DNA of 64,000 nucleotides from Desulfobacterales bacterium (GTDB lineage Bacteria; Desulfobacterota; Desulfobacteria; Desulfobacterales; UBA2245): NCBI GenBank assembly GCA_040771865.1, contig JAXGZF010000003.1, positions 372,001 to 436,000 of the forward strand, read 5' to 3'. Shown piece by piece: positions 55,911 to 64,000 of this stretch (position 1 is its first letter; each line of letters starts with the position of its first letter). The notes under the pieces were generated by a model. It saw only the letters and a program-made list of their open reading frames with translations, ran no database searches and was not told where the DNA came from. The position numbers and the translations under genes were made by a program.

Positions 55911-56974
55911 TCTACCGATACATTACCCGGGAAATTCTGCGGACCTTTGCCGTTGTTCTCGCGGTGGTGGTGGGTATCTATCTGACCGTGGATTTTTTTG
56001 AAAAGATTGATGATTTTATCAATGTCGGCCTTTCCGTTTCCAGGATAGCTATTTTTTTTCTTCACAAGCTCCCTTTTATTATCGCCCAGATCATGCCGGT
56101 GGGCATTCTGATTTCCGTGATCGTGTCTCTGGGTCTGATGAACAAGAGAAACGAATTGACGGCCTTAAAGGGCAGCGGAATGAGTCCAGTCTATCTGTTA
56201 AAACCCCTGATCGGCCTGGGACTGGTTTCGGGCTTTCTGCTGTTTTTTTTGTCCGAGGCCGTTGTTCCCCTGACCGTGGGAAAAGCCAATGAGATCTGGC
56301 TTCAGGAGGTGAAGAAAAAAAACGTTACCCAAACCCGGGAAAAAAACATATGGCTCAAGGGAAACCGCCGCATCAACCATATCGCCGTTTATCATCCGGA
56401 GGGCAGGTCGCTTTTCGGACTGACGGTTTACGAATTCGACGATTCTTTCAGAATCATCCGGCGGCTGGACGCCAAAAAGGCGCTGTTTGAGACCAACTGC
56501 TGGCTTCTGGAGGATGTCATGCTCCAGCACTGGACGTCCGATGGAAACTTCGAGGTGGTCTGGCATGATCAGATGCCGCAAGCTCTGGATTTTTCCCCGG
56601 ACGACCTGCGTCACGTGGTAAAAAGATCCGAGGAGATGGGATACCAGGAGCTGAGGGAGTATATCGAAAAGGTTGAGGCCGAAGGATATGACGCGGCGAT
56701 CTATCGGGTGGATCTTCACGCAAAGGCGGCCTTTCCCGTGGTTTGTCTGGTGGTATGCCTGATTGGATCGGGGCTGGCGCTGAAAAGAGAATTCAAGGAA
56801 CACCTTTCGGCGGCGGTAATTTGCGGGATCGCGACGGCGTTTTTATACTGGGTTCTGCACAGCTTTTCGCTTTCCCTGGGTTACGCGCAGATGCTGCCGC
56901 CGCTGGCGGCCGCCTGGCTGGCCAATTTCGTTTTTTTGTGCGCGGCGGTTGTCAACCTGCTGCGTACCGACTGA
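55901..56974 (+). CDS. lptG: LPS export ABC permease LptG
   Basis: IIYRYITRE, RNELTALKGSG, LPPLAAAWLAN. Confidence 0.9.
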   Translation: MPIIYRYITREILRTFAVVLAVVVGIYLTVDFFEKIDDFINVGLSVSRIAIFFLHKLPFIIAQIMPVGILISVIVSLGLMNKRNELTALKGSGMSPVYLLKPLIGLGLVSGFLLFFLSEAVVPLTVGKANEIWLQEVKKKNVTQTREKNIWLKGNRRINHIAVYHPEGRSLFGLTVYEFDDSFRIIRRLDAKKALFETNCWLLEDVMLQHWTSDGNFEVVWHDQMPQALDFSPDDLRHVVKRSEEMGYQELREYIEKVEAEGYDAAIYRVDLHAKAAFPVVCLVVCLIGSGLALKREFKEHLSAAVICGIATAFLYWVLHSFSLSLGYAQMLPPLAAAWLANFVFLCAAVVNLLRTD

Positions 56975-56996
56975 AACGGCAAGGGCTATCTGAAAC

Positions 56997-58304
56997 GTGA
57001 GCTTTTTCTATAACCTGCTTCTGTATATTCTTCTGATTCCGGCGGGGCCCTTGATCGGCCTGATGCTGCTGTTTTCTGCAAAGCGCCGGAAAACCTTTCT
57101 GCACCGTCTGGGTGTGTCGGATTTCATTCCCCGGAAAACATCTTTGGCAGAAGCTCCCATATGGATTCACGCCCTTTCGGTCGGAGAGGTCCTTTCCGCG
57201 GTTCCTCTGACTGAGGCTCTCGGCCGGCGTTTCGGCAAAGACAGGGTGGTATTTTCCGCTTCCACCCAAACCGGTTTTCAGGTGGCCTGGCAGCGGCTGG
57301 CCGGCCGGGTGGGAGGGATTTTCTTTTTTCCCTATGATCTGGGGTTTGCCGTGCGTCGCGTGGTGAAAGCGGTTTCACCCGGCCTTGTGGTGATTGTGGA
57401 ATCGGATGTATGGCCGAATTTTCTGGCACGGCTCGGAAAAATAGGTATTCCCGCACTGCTGGTCAATGCACGGCTGTCGAAGCGTTCATTTCACGGCTAT
57501 CGCCGGATCGCTTATTTTGCCGGGCGCATGTTCAACCGGTTTGACGCGGTTTTTGTTCAATCCGAAGCGGATGCGGAACGGTTCAAAGCACTGGGGGTTT
57601 TGTCTGAAAAAATCAGGGTTGCGGGAAACGTCAAGTTCCATATGTCCGGCCCGGCAGTATCCGATACCCAGCGGCAGGCTCTGAGAAAGGTTCTGCATAT
57701 CGGCGCCGATCGGCGCATTCTGGTAGCCGGCAGCACCCACAGGGGCGAAGAGGGCATTGTGATTGAAACCTTTGTAGCGCTGCGGCGCAAATTTTCCGGC
57801 CTGATGCTGATTCTGGCGCCGCGGGATCCGGAACGCGCAGAGGCGGTCGAGCGGCTCTGCAAAGGCCATGGCCTTTCATCGGTTTACATGAGCCGGGTGG
57901 ACCTGCAATCCTCTGTCAGTCTGGATGTGATGATCGTGGATCAGATCGGGGCCTTATCCAGGCTGTACAGCCTGGCGGACATCGCTTTTGTGGGAGGGAG
58001 CCTTGCGCCTCTGGGCGGGCACAACCCTCTGGAGCCGGCCGCTTTTTCCAAGCCGGTGCTGTTCGGTCCGGACATGAGTGATTTTGCGACGATTGCGACG
58101 GCACTGATCGAAGCCGGAGGCGCCGTGCAGATCCGGGATGTCGAATCCTTTCAGCGGATTGCGGAAAGCCTGCTTTCCGATTCCGCTCTGGCCCGGAACA
58201 TGGGTGAGCGGGCCCTGAGCGTATTTGCCGACAATCAGGGGGCGGTTGAAAGCATTGTCGTCGAGATCGAAAAACTGATCTCCGGCCGGAGAAGACCTGA
58301 ATGA
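56997..58304 (+). CDS. waaA: Kdo transferase
   Basis: IWIHALSVGE, FPYD, ESDVWP, NARLS, AGSTH.GEE, GGHNPLEPA. Confidence 0.95.
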   Translation: MSFFYNLLLYILLIPAGPLIGLMLLFSAKRRKTFLHRLGVSDFIPRKTSLAEAPIWIHALSVGEVLSAVPLTEALGRRFGKDRVVFSASTQTGFQVAWQRLAGRVGGIFFFPYDLGFAVRRVVKAVSPGLVVIVESDVWPNFLARLGKIGIPALLVNARLSKRSFHGYRRIAYFAGRMFNRFDAVFVQSEADAERFKALGVLSEKIRVAGNVKFHMSGPAVSDTQRQALRKVLHIGADRRILVAGSTHRGEEGIVIETFVALRRKFSGLMLILAPRDPERAEAVERLCKGHGLSSVYMSRVDLQSSVSLDVMIVDQIGALSRLYSLADIAFVGGSLAPLGGHNPLEPAAFSKPVLFGPDMSDFATIATALIEAGGAVQIRDVESFQRIAESLLSDSALARNMGERALSVFADNQGAVESIVVEIEKLISGRRRPE

Positions 58305-59446
58305 AACCCTCGAGAACCGCAAACCGGGTTCGGAAGATGGCGCAGGAAATGATAAATGATTCGGGCGACAGCCCCTGGCTTTCTTTACGGTTCCTGCTCA
58401 AGGCCTTGTCCGCGGTCTACGGCGGTGCGATGGCGCTTCGCGCCGCATGCTACCGCCGGGGTATTTTACCGTCATACAGGCTGCCCTGCAAGGCGATCAG
58501 CGTGGGCAACATCACTGCCGGCGGAACCGGGAAAACCCCCATGACCCTGTATCTGGCCGATCTGCTTTCCCGAATGGGATATCGTTCGGCCGTCCTGAGC
58601 CGGGGATACAAAGGCGGGGCGGAAGCGAAGGGAGGTGTCGTGAGCGACGGGGAAAGCCTGTTGATGGGTCCGGAACAGGCCGGGGACGAGCCCTGCATGA
58701 TGGCCATGCGTCTTGGCGTGCCCGTGCTGGTCGGCAGAGATCGAGTGGCCTCCGGTATGCGGGCTGTGTCGGCCTTCGCGCCCGATGTTCTGGTTCTGGA
58801 TGACGCCTTCCAGCACCTTCGAGTTCAGCGGGATTTGAATATCGTTCTGATCGATGCCCGGCGCCCTTTTGGAAATTTCTGCCTGATTCCCCGGGGAGCG
58901 CTGCGGGAGCCGCTGTCCGCCCTGAGGCGGGCCGATGTCTGCATTCTGACCCGATGCGGTGGCAAACCGCCTGCCGCGCTGGAAAACCGGCTGAGAGAGC
59001 ATCTGCCCGGAATCCCGGTTTTAAGGTCTCTGCACCGGCCGAAAACCGCCCTGGTTTCAAAAGGAATGCACACAAGCCGGCTGCGATTTTTTCCGGCTGA
59101 AGGCTCTCTGACCGGGTTGCGGGTTTTTGCATTTTCCGGCATTGCGCAGAACTCGGATTTTTTTGATTCGGTGAGAGCCTGTGGAGCGAACCTGGCCGGG
59201 ATACTGGGTTTTCCGGATCATCATGCTTATGGAAATTCGGATTTTCAGGCGATTGTGGAAGCGGCCCGCAAGGTCGAAGCCCAGACGATCGCCACCACAG
59301 AGAAGGACTGGGCCCGCATCGGAAACGGCCGATTGTGGCCCCTGGATCTTGCCGTGATCGGAATCGATATCGAACTTGAGGATCCTCAGGGCGTTCTAAT
59401 TCGATTGATTGAAAACCGTTTAAAAAATTCTGAAAAGGCTTTGTGA
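58301..59446 (+). CDS. lpxK: Tetraacyldisaccharide 4'-kinase
   Basis: SVGNITAGGTGKTP, SRGY, GDEP, LDDAFQH, LREP, FPDHH, TTEKD. Confidence 0.95.
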   Translation: MKPSRTANRVRKMAQEMINDSGDSPWLSLRFLLKALSAVYGGAMALRAACYRRGILPSYRLPCKAISVGNITAGGTGKTPMTLYLADLLSRMGYRSAVLSRGYKGGAEAKGGVVSDGESLLMGPEQAGDEPCMMAMRLGVPVLVGRDRVASGMRAVSAFAPDVLVLDDAFQHLRVQRDLNIVLIDARRPFGNFCLIPRGALREPLSALRRADVCILTRCGGKPPAALENRLREHLPGIPVLRSLHRPKTALVSKGMHTSRLRFFPAEGSLTGLRVFAFSGIAQNSDFFDSVRACGANLAGILGFPDHHAYGNSDFQAIVEAARKVEAQTIATTEKDWARIGNGRLWPLDLAVIGIDIELEDPQGVLIRLIENRLKNSEKAL

Positions 59447-60399
59447 TGGTCGATCCGCTTTGCGTGGCAGCGTTTTTTGACGGCCGGCGGGGGCACGAGA
59501 AACAGACCCGTGCGGTTTTGCAGGCCCTGGAAAGGTTTACACCGCTTTCCGTTACGACCCGAAGCGTTGATCCGGAAAATTTTTTCCAGGCCGCGGGAAA
59601 CTGGGTTTGCTATGGCCTGAGGCGGATACGGCCCCTGAAAGGAAGTCCGTCTTCTGTGGATCTGATTATCGGCGCCGGATCATACACCCACATTCCCATG
59701 CTGCTTCTCAAGGAGGAGACCGGCGCGCGGGCTGTGACCTGCATGGCGCCGGACCGGTTTTTCCTGAGGCGTTTTGATCTTTGCCTGATTCCACGTCATG
59801 ATCGGCCCGACACTTCCGACAATATTTTCGTGACCCTCGGGCCGCCCTGCATTCGGCCTGTTCCACAACTCAGGGACCATGCAAAAGGCCTGATTCTGGT
59901 CGGCGGCAGGGATCCCAAAAGCCACTGGTGGTCTTCCCAGAACACCATGGATCAGATTCGCTCCATTCTGGCGGCGGATTCCTTGATTCACTGGACGATC
60001 ACCTCCTCGCCGCGTACGCCCCCCGACATGCGGGTTATGTTGACGCAGCTGGCAAAAGATAATCCGGCCGTTTCTTTTTTTAAATCCGAGGACACTCATC
60101 TGGGATGGCTCGAAGACCAGTATGCGCAGAACTGGTGCGTCTGGGTTACCGCGGACAGCATGTCCATGGTCTATGAGGCGGTCAGCGCCGGATGCCGGGT
60201 GGGAATTCTTCCGGTTCTTTGGAGGCAAAAGCTCAACAAGTTTCAAGCCAGCCTGGAATTTCTCATTGAAAACCGGTATGCGATGTCTTATGAGATGTGG
60301 CGGTCCGGAGCGGATGAATTCAATCCGGCGCCGCTGGATGAGGCTTCCCGATGCGCCCAGGAGATATTGAGAAGATGGTGGCCCGAGCGATTACCGTAG
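59443..60399 (+). CDS. ELM1-like/GT-fold protein of the LPS locus
   Basis: DGRRGHEKQ, IPRHD, LILVGG, SSPRTP, WVTADSMSMVYEA. Confidence 0.8.
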   Translation: MMVDPLCVAAFFDGRRGHEKQTRAVLQALERFTPLSVTTRSVDPENFFQAAGNWVCYGLRRIRPLKGSPSSVDLIIGAGSYTHIPMLLLKEETGARAVTCMAPDRFFLRRFDLCLIPRHDRPDTSDNIFVTLGPPCIRPVPQLRDHAKGLILVGGRDPKSHWWSSQNTMDQIRSILAADSLIHWTITSSPRTPPDMRVMLTQLAKDNPAVSFFKSEDTHLGWLEDQYAQNWCVWVTADSMSMVYEAVSAGCRVGILPVLWRQKLNKFQASLEFLIENRYAMSYEMWRSGADEFNPAPLDEASRCAQEILRRWWPERLP

Positions 60400-61520
60400 T
60401 TCAGATGCTTCCGGAACTTGAAAGCGGGGGCGTGGAGCGCGGCGCTTTGGAAATGGGCCGTTATCTATGCCGTCATGGCCACCGGTCCATCGTGATTTCA
60501 GCCGGAGGCCGGCTGGTCGAAAGGCTTTTGAAAGAGGGAAGCGAGCATTTCTTCTGGCAGGTGGGCCGGAAAACTCCGGTATGTCTGAAATACATCCTGC
60601 CGCTTCGGCGGCTGCTGGTTCAAGAAAAGGTGGATATCCTGCACCTGCGTTCCAGGCTTCCGGCGTGGGTCGGATACCTTGCCTGGAAGAGTCTTCCCGA
60701 AAGGTTGCGGCCGAAGCTGGTGACCACGTTTCATGGGTTTTATTCGGTCAACGCGTACAGCGCCGTGATGGCTAGCGGCCAGAAGGTAATTGCGATTTCA
60801 AGCGCCGTGGCCGATCATATTCGGCAGCGTTACCGCGTGCCGCGGGAGCGGATCATCCGGATATTCCGGGGGGTCGACGAGGCTGAATTCAGTCCCGAGG
60901 TCGTGAATCCGGAGCGTGTCGCGTTTCTGCGCGAAAGCTGGAATCTGGATGAGGATTCAGGGCCGGTAGTGATGCTGCCCGGTCGCCTGACGCGGCTCAA
61001 GGGGCATGACGTGTTTTTCAGGGCGCTGGCCGCGGCCCGATCACTTCACTGGACCGCCGTGTGCGTCGGGGATGCCGAAAATCCTGCCTATGCGGCCGAG
61101 CTTCGCTGCTTGATTCGGCAACTCGAACTTGACAACCGGGTACGGATGGTCGGATATTGCAAAGATATGCCGGCGGCCTATCTTGCTGCCGATGTAGTGG
61201 TTTCGGCCACCTCTGGAGAAGCCGAGGCTTTCGGCCGCATTGCCGTGGAAGCCCAGGCCATGGGAAGGCCCGTGATTGCTTCTGCCCACGGCGGGAGCCT
61301 GGAAACGATTCTGGACGGCGAAACCGGCCGCCTGTTTACTCCCGGGGACCCGCAAGGTCTGGCTGCGGCTCTCAGCGATCTTCTGGCCGACTCCGTTCTT
61401 CGGAAAAAATATGCCCATGCGGCACGAAATTGGGTGAAGCGGCGCTTTACTGTCGAGGCCATGTGCGGGGATACGCTGAAAGTATATGAATCGCTTCTGA
61501 ACCTTGACCCCATCGGTTGA
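60375..61520 (+). CDS. Glycosyltransferase family 4
   Basis: LPELESGGVERG, RSRLPAW, PGRLTRLKG, EAFGRIAVEAQAMG. Confidence 0.92.
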   Translation: MVARAITVVQMLPELESGGVERGALEMGRYLCRHGHRSIVISAGGRLVERLLKEGSEHFFWQVGRKTPVCLKYILPLRRLLVQEKVDILHLRSRLPAWVGYLAWKSLPERLRPKLVTTFHGFYSVNAYSAVMASGQKVIAISSAVADHIRQRYRVPRERIIRIFRGVDEAEFSPEVVNPERVAFLRESWNLDEDSGPVVMLPGRLTRLKGHDVFFRALAAARSLHWTAVCVGDAENPAYAAELRCLIRQLELDNRVRMVGYCKDMPAAYLAADVVVSATSGEAEAFGRIAVEAQAMGRPVIASAHGGSLETILDGETGRLFTPGDPQGLAAALSDLLADSVLRKKYAHAARNWVKRRFTVEAMCGDTLKVYESLLNLDPIG

Positions 61521-61609
61521 GCGATGGGTTGAAAAAAAGCGCCGATTGACGGGACGGCAGGCGGCTCAAAGCATCTGAAATAGGATTGAATGCGGAGAAA
61601 CACAGGCTC

Positions 61610-62560
61610 ATGACCCTTCAAAACACCGAACGACAGGCGCCGTATCGCCTGATTCGATGCCTGATGAGGCTGCTTTCCCATGTTCCGAGAAAGACGCTGT
61701 GCGGAGCCGCATTTCCCATCGGAAGGCTGTGGTATGCTCTGGACCGGCGCCACCGCCGTATCGCCCTGGAGAATCTGACCCTGGCCATGGGAAGTCAGAT
61801 GAGTTCGAAGGAAATCCGGAGTGCGGCAAAGGCCAATTTCGTTCAGCTGACACGGACCGCTCTGGAAATTCCTGCCCTGCTCAGGCTCACCCCCGACAAT
61901 GTGGACGACTATATGATTTTTTCAGGCCAGGAGCATTTTTTTCAAGCCTTGTCCCGGGGAAAAGGCATTCTTTTTCTTACCGGCCATCTGGGAAACTGGG
62001 AGTTGATGGCTCTGGCTTTTTCTTTCAAATTCGGAACCCCGTTTCATGTCATGGCCCGGGTTCTTGATTTTGAGCCCATGGATCGAGTAATGAGGGAAAT
62101 CCGCTGCCTTTCGGGCAACACGGTGGTCGATAAGAATAAAAGCGCGGCGGTTGTGGCCCGTTTGTTAAGTGAGAATCAGGTGGTGGGTATTCTGCTGGAT
62201 CAGAACGCCTCCTGGTACGAGGGCGTTTATGTTCCGTTTTTCGGACGGCTCGTCTGCACCAACAAGGGGGTGGCCATGTTCGCCCTGCGCTACGGGGCTT
62301 CGGTCCTGCCGGCATTTAATACCCGGCAGCCCGACGGGCGCTATCGAACTGTGTTCGAACCTCCGGTTGAACTGATCCGGACCGGAGACGTGGGCCGGGA
62401 TATCGAGGAGAATACGGCGCTTTTCAACCGGATCATCGAAAAACACATTCGGGCCGCTCCGGACAACTGGCTGTGGATTCATCGCAGATGGCGAATCAAG
62501 GATATTCCCGACCGGGCGCGCAGAAAATTGAAACTGCCGCCCGAGGTCGGTGCATCATAA
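61610..62560 (+). CDS. Lipid A late acyltransferase (LpxL/HtrB family)
   Basis: TGHLGNWE, LLDQ, PDNWLWIHRRW. Confidence 0.9.
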   Translation: MTLQNTERQAPYRLIRCLMRLLSHVPRKTLCGAAFPIGRLWYALDRRHRRIALENLTLAMGSQMSSKEIRSAAKANFVQLTRTALEIPALLRLTPDNVDDYMIFSGQEHFFQALSRGKGILFLTGHLGNWELMALAFSFKFGTPFHVMARVLDFEPMDRVMREIRCLSGNTVVDKNKSAAVVARLLSENQVVGILLDQNASWYEGVYVPFFGRLVCTNKGVAMFALRYGASVLPAFNTRQPDGRYRTVFEPPVELIRTGDVGRDIEENTALFNRIIEKHIRAAPDNWLWIHRRWRIKDIPDRARRKLKLPPEVGAS

Positions 62561-62802
62561 TTTCCAGGCAGGCTTGAACCACAGGAATGCTTTGCTGTGC
62601 GAGGCGGTTTTACTAAAAATGGAATTCATCCAAAATGGCAAGATTCGGTTTCCCCGGCCCTTTGACATCTCATGGCTTGATTCTGCCGCTGTTCCTGTGT
62701 TAATACCCGGACCGGGGAAAATTCCGGGAAGCATGGGCAACCAGCGCTCTCTGACGGGGGCTTTGAAATCCGCAATACCGCATGATACGGAAGCCTGAAA
62801 TA

Positions 62803-62994
62803 ATGCGAATGTGCAAGGAACTGCTGGAATGGCTGAGATGTCCGAAATGTGGGGGGCCGGTTGCTGTGACCGGCTCCGGGGATGCACTGGCCTGTCCGGC
62901 CTGCCGGTTGTTCTACAAAATCAGAAACGGCATTCCGGTCATGCTGGTTGAGGAAGCAAAATCCATGGACTTTTGCGGAAACGGAAATCCTTGA
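62803..62994 (+). CDS. Trm112-like protein
   Basis: LLEWLRCPKCGG...CPAC.L.YKIRNGIPVML. Confidence 0.85.
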   Translation: MRMCKELLEWLRCPKCGGPVAVTGSGDALACPACRLFYKIRNGIPVMLVEEAKSMDFCGNGNP

Positions 62995-63016
62995 TCATAA
63001 AAGTGATGATCCAGCA

Positions 63017-63586
63017 ATGAGCATTGTTCAGCCGGCCAGGCCGGCCAAACTGGTCGTCAGCATTCTGACGGCGCGCAAGGAGCTTTTCGGCAGGGTGCTC
63101 GACCTGCTGGAGCAAAATTACGGCCGAGCGGACCTGATCAGCGCCTGGCTTGCCTTTGAGTATACCCGGTATTACGCGGCGGAGATGGGATCGCCGCTTT
63201 TCAGAAGGATGGCGAGCTTTTCCCGTTTGATCGATCAAACCGATCTGCCGGACATCAAACTGTTCACCAACGAGGTGGAGAACCGCTTTTCCGAAAGCGC
63301 CTTGCGCCGGGTGAATATCGATCCGGGATATCTGCTTTACGAGCGATTTGTTCTGGCGACCGGAAAAAATTTTACGCATCGGATTTATCTTGGAAAAGGA
63401 ATTTATGCGGACCTGACGCTGACTTACGCAAAAGGCGCTTTTCAGACGCTGCCCTGGACGTATCCGGATTATGCCGCCGAGGATATTCAGGCCTTTCTCA
63501 GGCGGGTCCGTGAAAAATACACCGTGGATTTTATGCGTTGGAACGGTGAAAACGAAAATGTTCCGGCGACTGGAAACATATCATGA
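63017..63586 (+). CDS. DUF4416 family protein
   Basis: YYAAEMG, IKLFTN..E, RRVNIDPGY, LATGKNFTHRIYL, PWTYPDY. Confidence 0.85.
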   Translation: MSIVQPARPAKLVVSILTARKELFGRVLDLLEQNYGRADLISAWLAFEYTRYYAAEMGSPLFRRMASFSRLIDQTDLPDIKLFTNEVENRFSESALRRVNIDPGYLLYERFVLATGKNFTHRIYLGKGIYADLTLTYAKGAFQTLPWTYPDYAAEDIQAFLRRVREKYTVDFMRWNGENENVPATGNIS

Positions 63587-64000
63587 TCAAGAGCATGACC
63601 GGTTTTGCACGCGCCGAAAAGACCGCGGGCCCCATGGGTTGCCGCGTGGAAATCCGATCCTATAACGGCAAAGGCCTGGATTTGGTTCTGCGGATTCCGC
63701 AAAATTATCAGGCGCTGGAGGAAAAGATCAAGGCGCTGGTATCCGAGCGCATGACCCGGGGACGGCTGGAGATTCGATTCCAGGTCGAAGATCAGGCGCC
63801 GGAGTCCTTTGGTTTTTCAGTTGATTTTTCTGCGGCCAGGGCTTTTTACGGAGCACTGGTGGAGCTTCGGAACGAACTGAATCTGAAAGCGGATGTGCCG
63901 CTGGACATGATCGCTTCGGCCGAAGGGGTGATCCGTCCAAGAGAGGCGGACCGGGATATGGAGTCGGCCTGGACGCTTTTCCGGGACTGTCTCGATGTTG
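63583..64000 (+). CDS. yicC: YicC/YloC-family endoribonuclease (runs off the window end)
   Basis: Manual translation MIKSMTGFARAE...EIRSYNGKGLD...RGRLE; not in the ORF track because it lacks a stop. Confidence 0.9.
   Translation, partial: MIKSMTGFARAEKTAGPMGCRVEIRSYNGKGLDLVLRIPQNYQALEEKIKALVSERMTRGRLEIRFQVEDQAPESFGFSVDFSAARAFYGALVELRNELNLKADVPLDMIASAEGVIRPREADRDMESAWTLFRDCLDV

Noticed and set aside
1..64000. tRNA, rRNA or prophage genes
   Set aside because: No cloverleaf, rRNA-like or phage structural signatures recognised by eye

Overview
64-kb chromosomal segment of a GC-rich bacterium. Gene content (aldehyde:ferredoxin oxidoreductase, sigma54 activator, lptFG-waaA-lpxK-lpxL, DUF4416-yicC) suggests an anaerobic Desulfobacterota-type organism; this is an inference. 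Housekeeping blocks at about 1-21.5 kb (rplM-rpsI, hydantoinase/oxoprolinase AB, peptide ABC transporter, larE, darP, btuFCD-like) and about 46-64 kb (AOR/MoaD/ThiF, LPS operon) flank an accessory region at about 21.5-46 kb. Top observations: (1) a secreted M6/immune-inhibitor-A-like metallopeptidase (38436-39875) has a single in-frame TGA at the position of the third zinc ligand (P-U-L-Y instead of P-D-L-Y), followed 12 nt later by a bacterial SECIS-like hairpin, making it a candidate selenoprotein with Sec as metal ligand; (2) a REP-associated tyrosine transposase (RAYT) reads in frame through a degenerate REP into a 437-aa protein with archaeo-eukaryotic primase (AEP) motifs, bracketed by REP copies and a partial RAYT duplicate; (3) a decayed integron with an intI 5' stub, two attI-like repeats, several attC sites (some with GAT instead of GTT cores), AT-rich cassettes and an IS91-type remnant; (4) a 143-bp MITE in two copies with 4-bp target duplications; (5) an uncharacterised three-gene coiled-coil/membrane module. 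All family assignments come from motif recognition by eye; no database searches were run.
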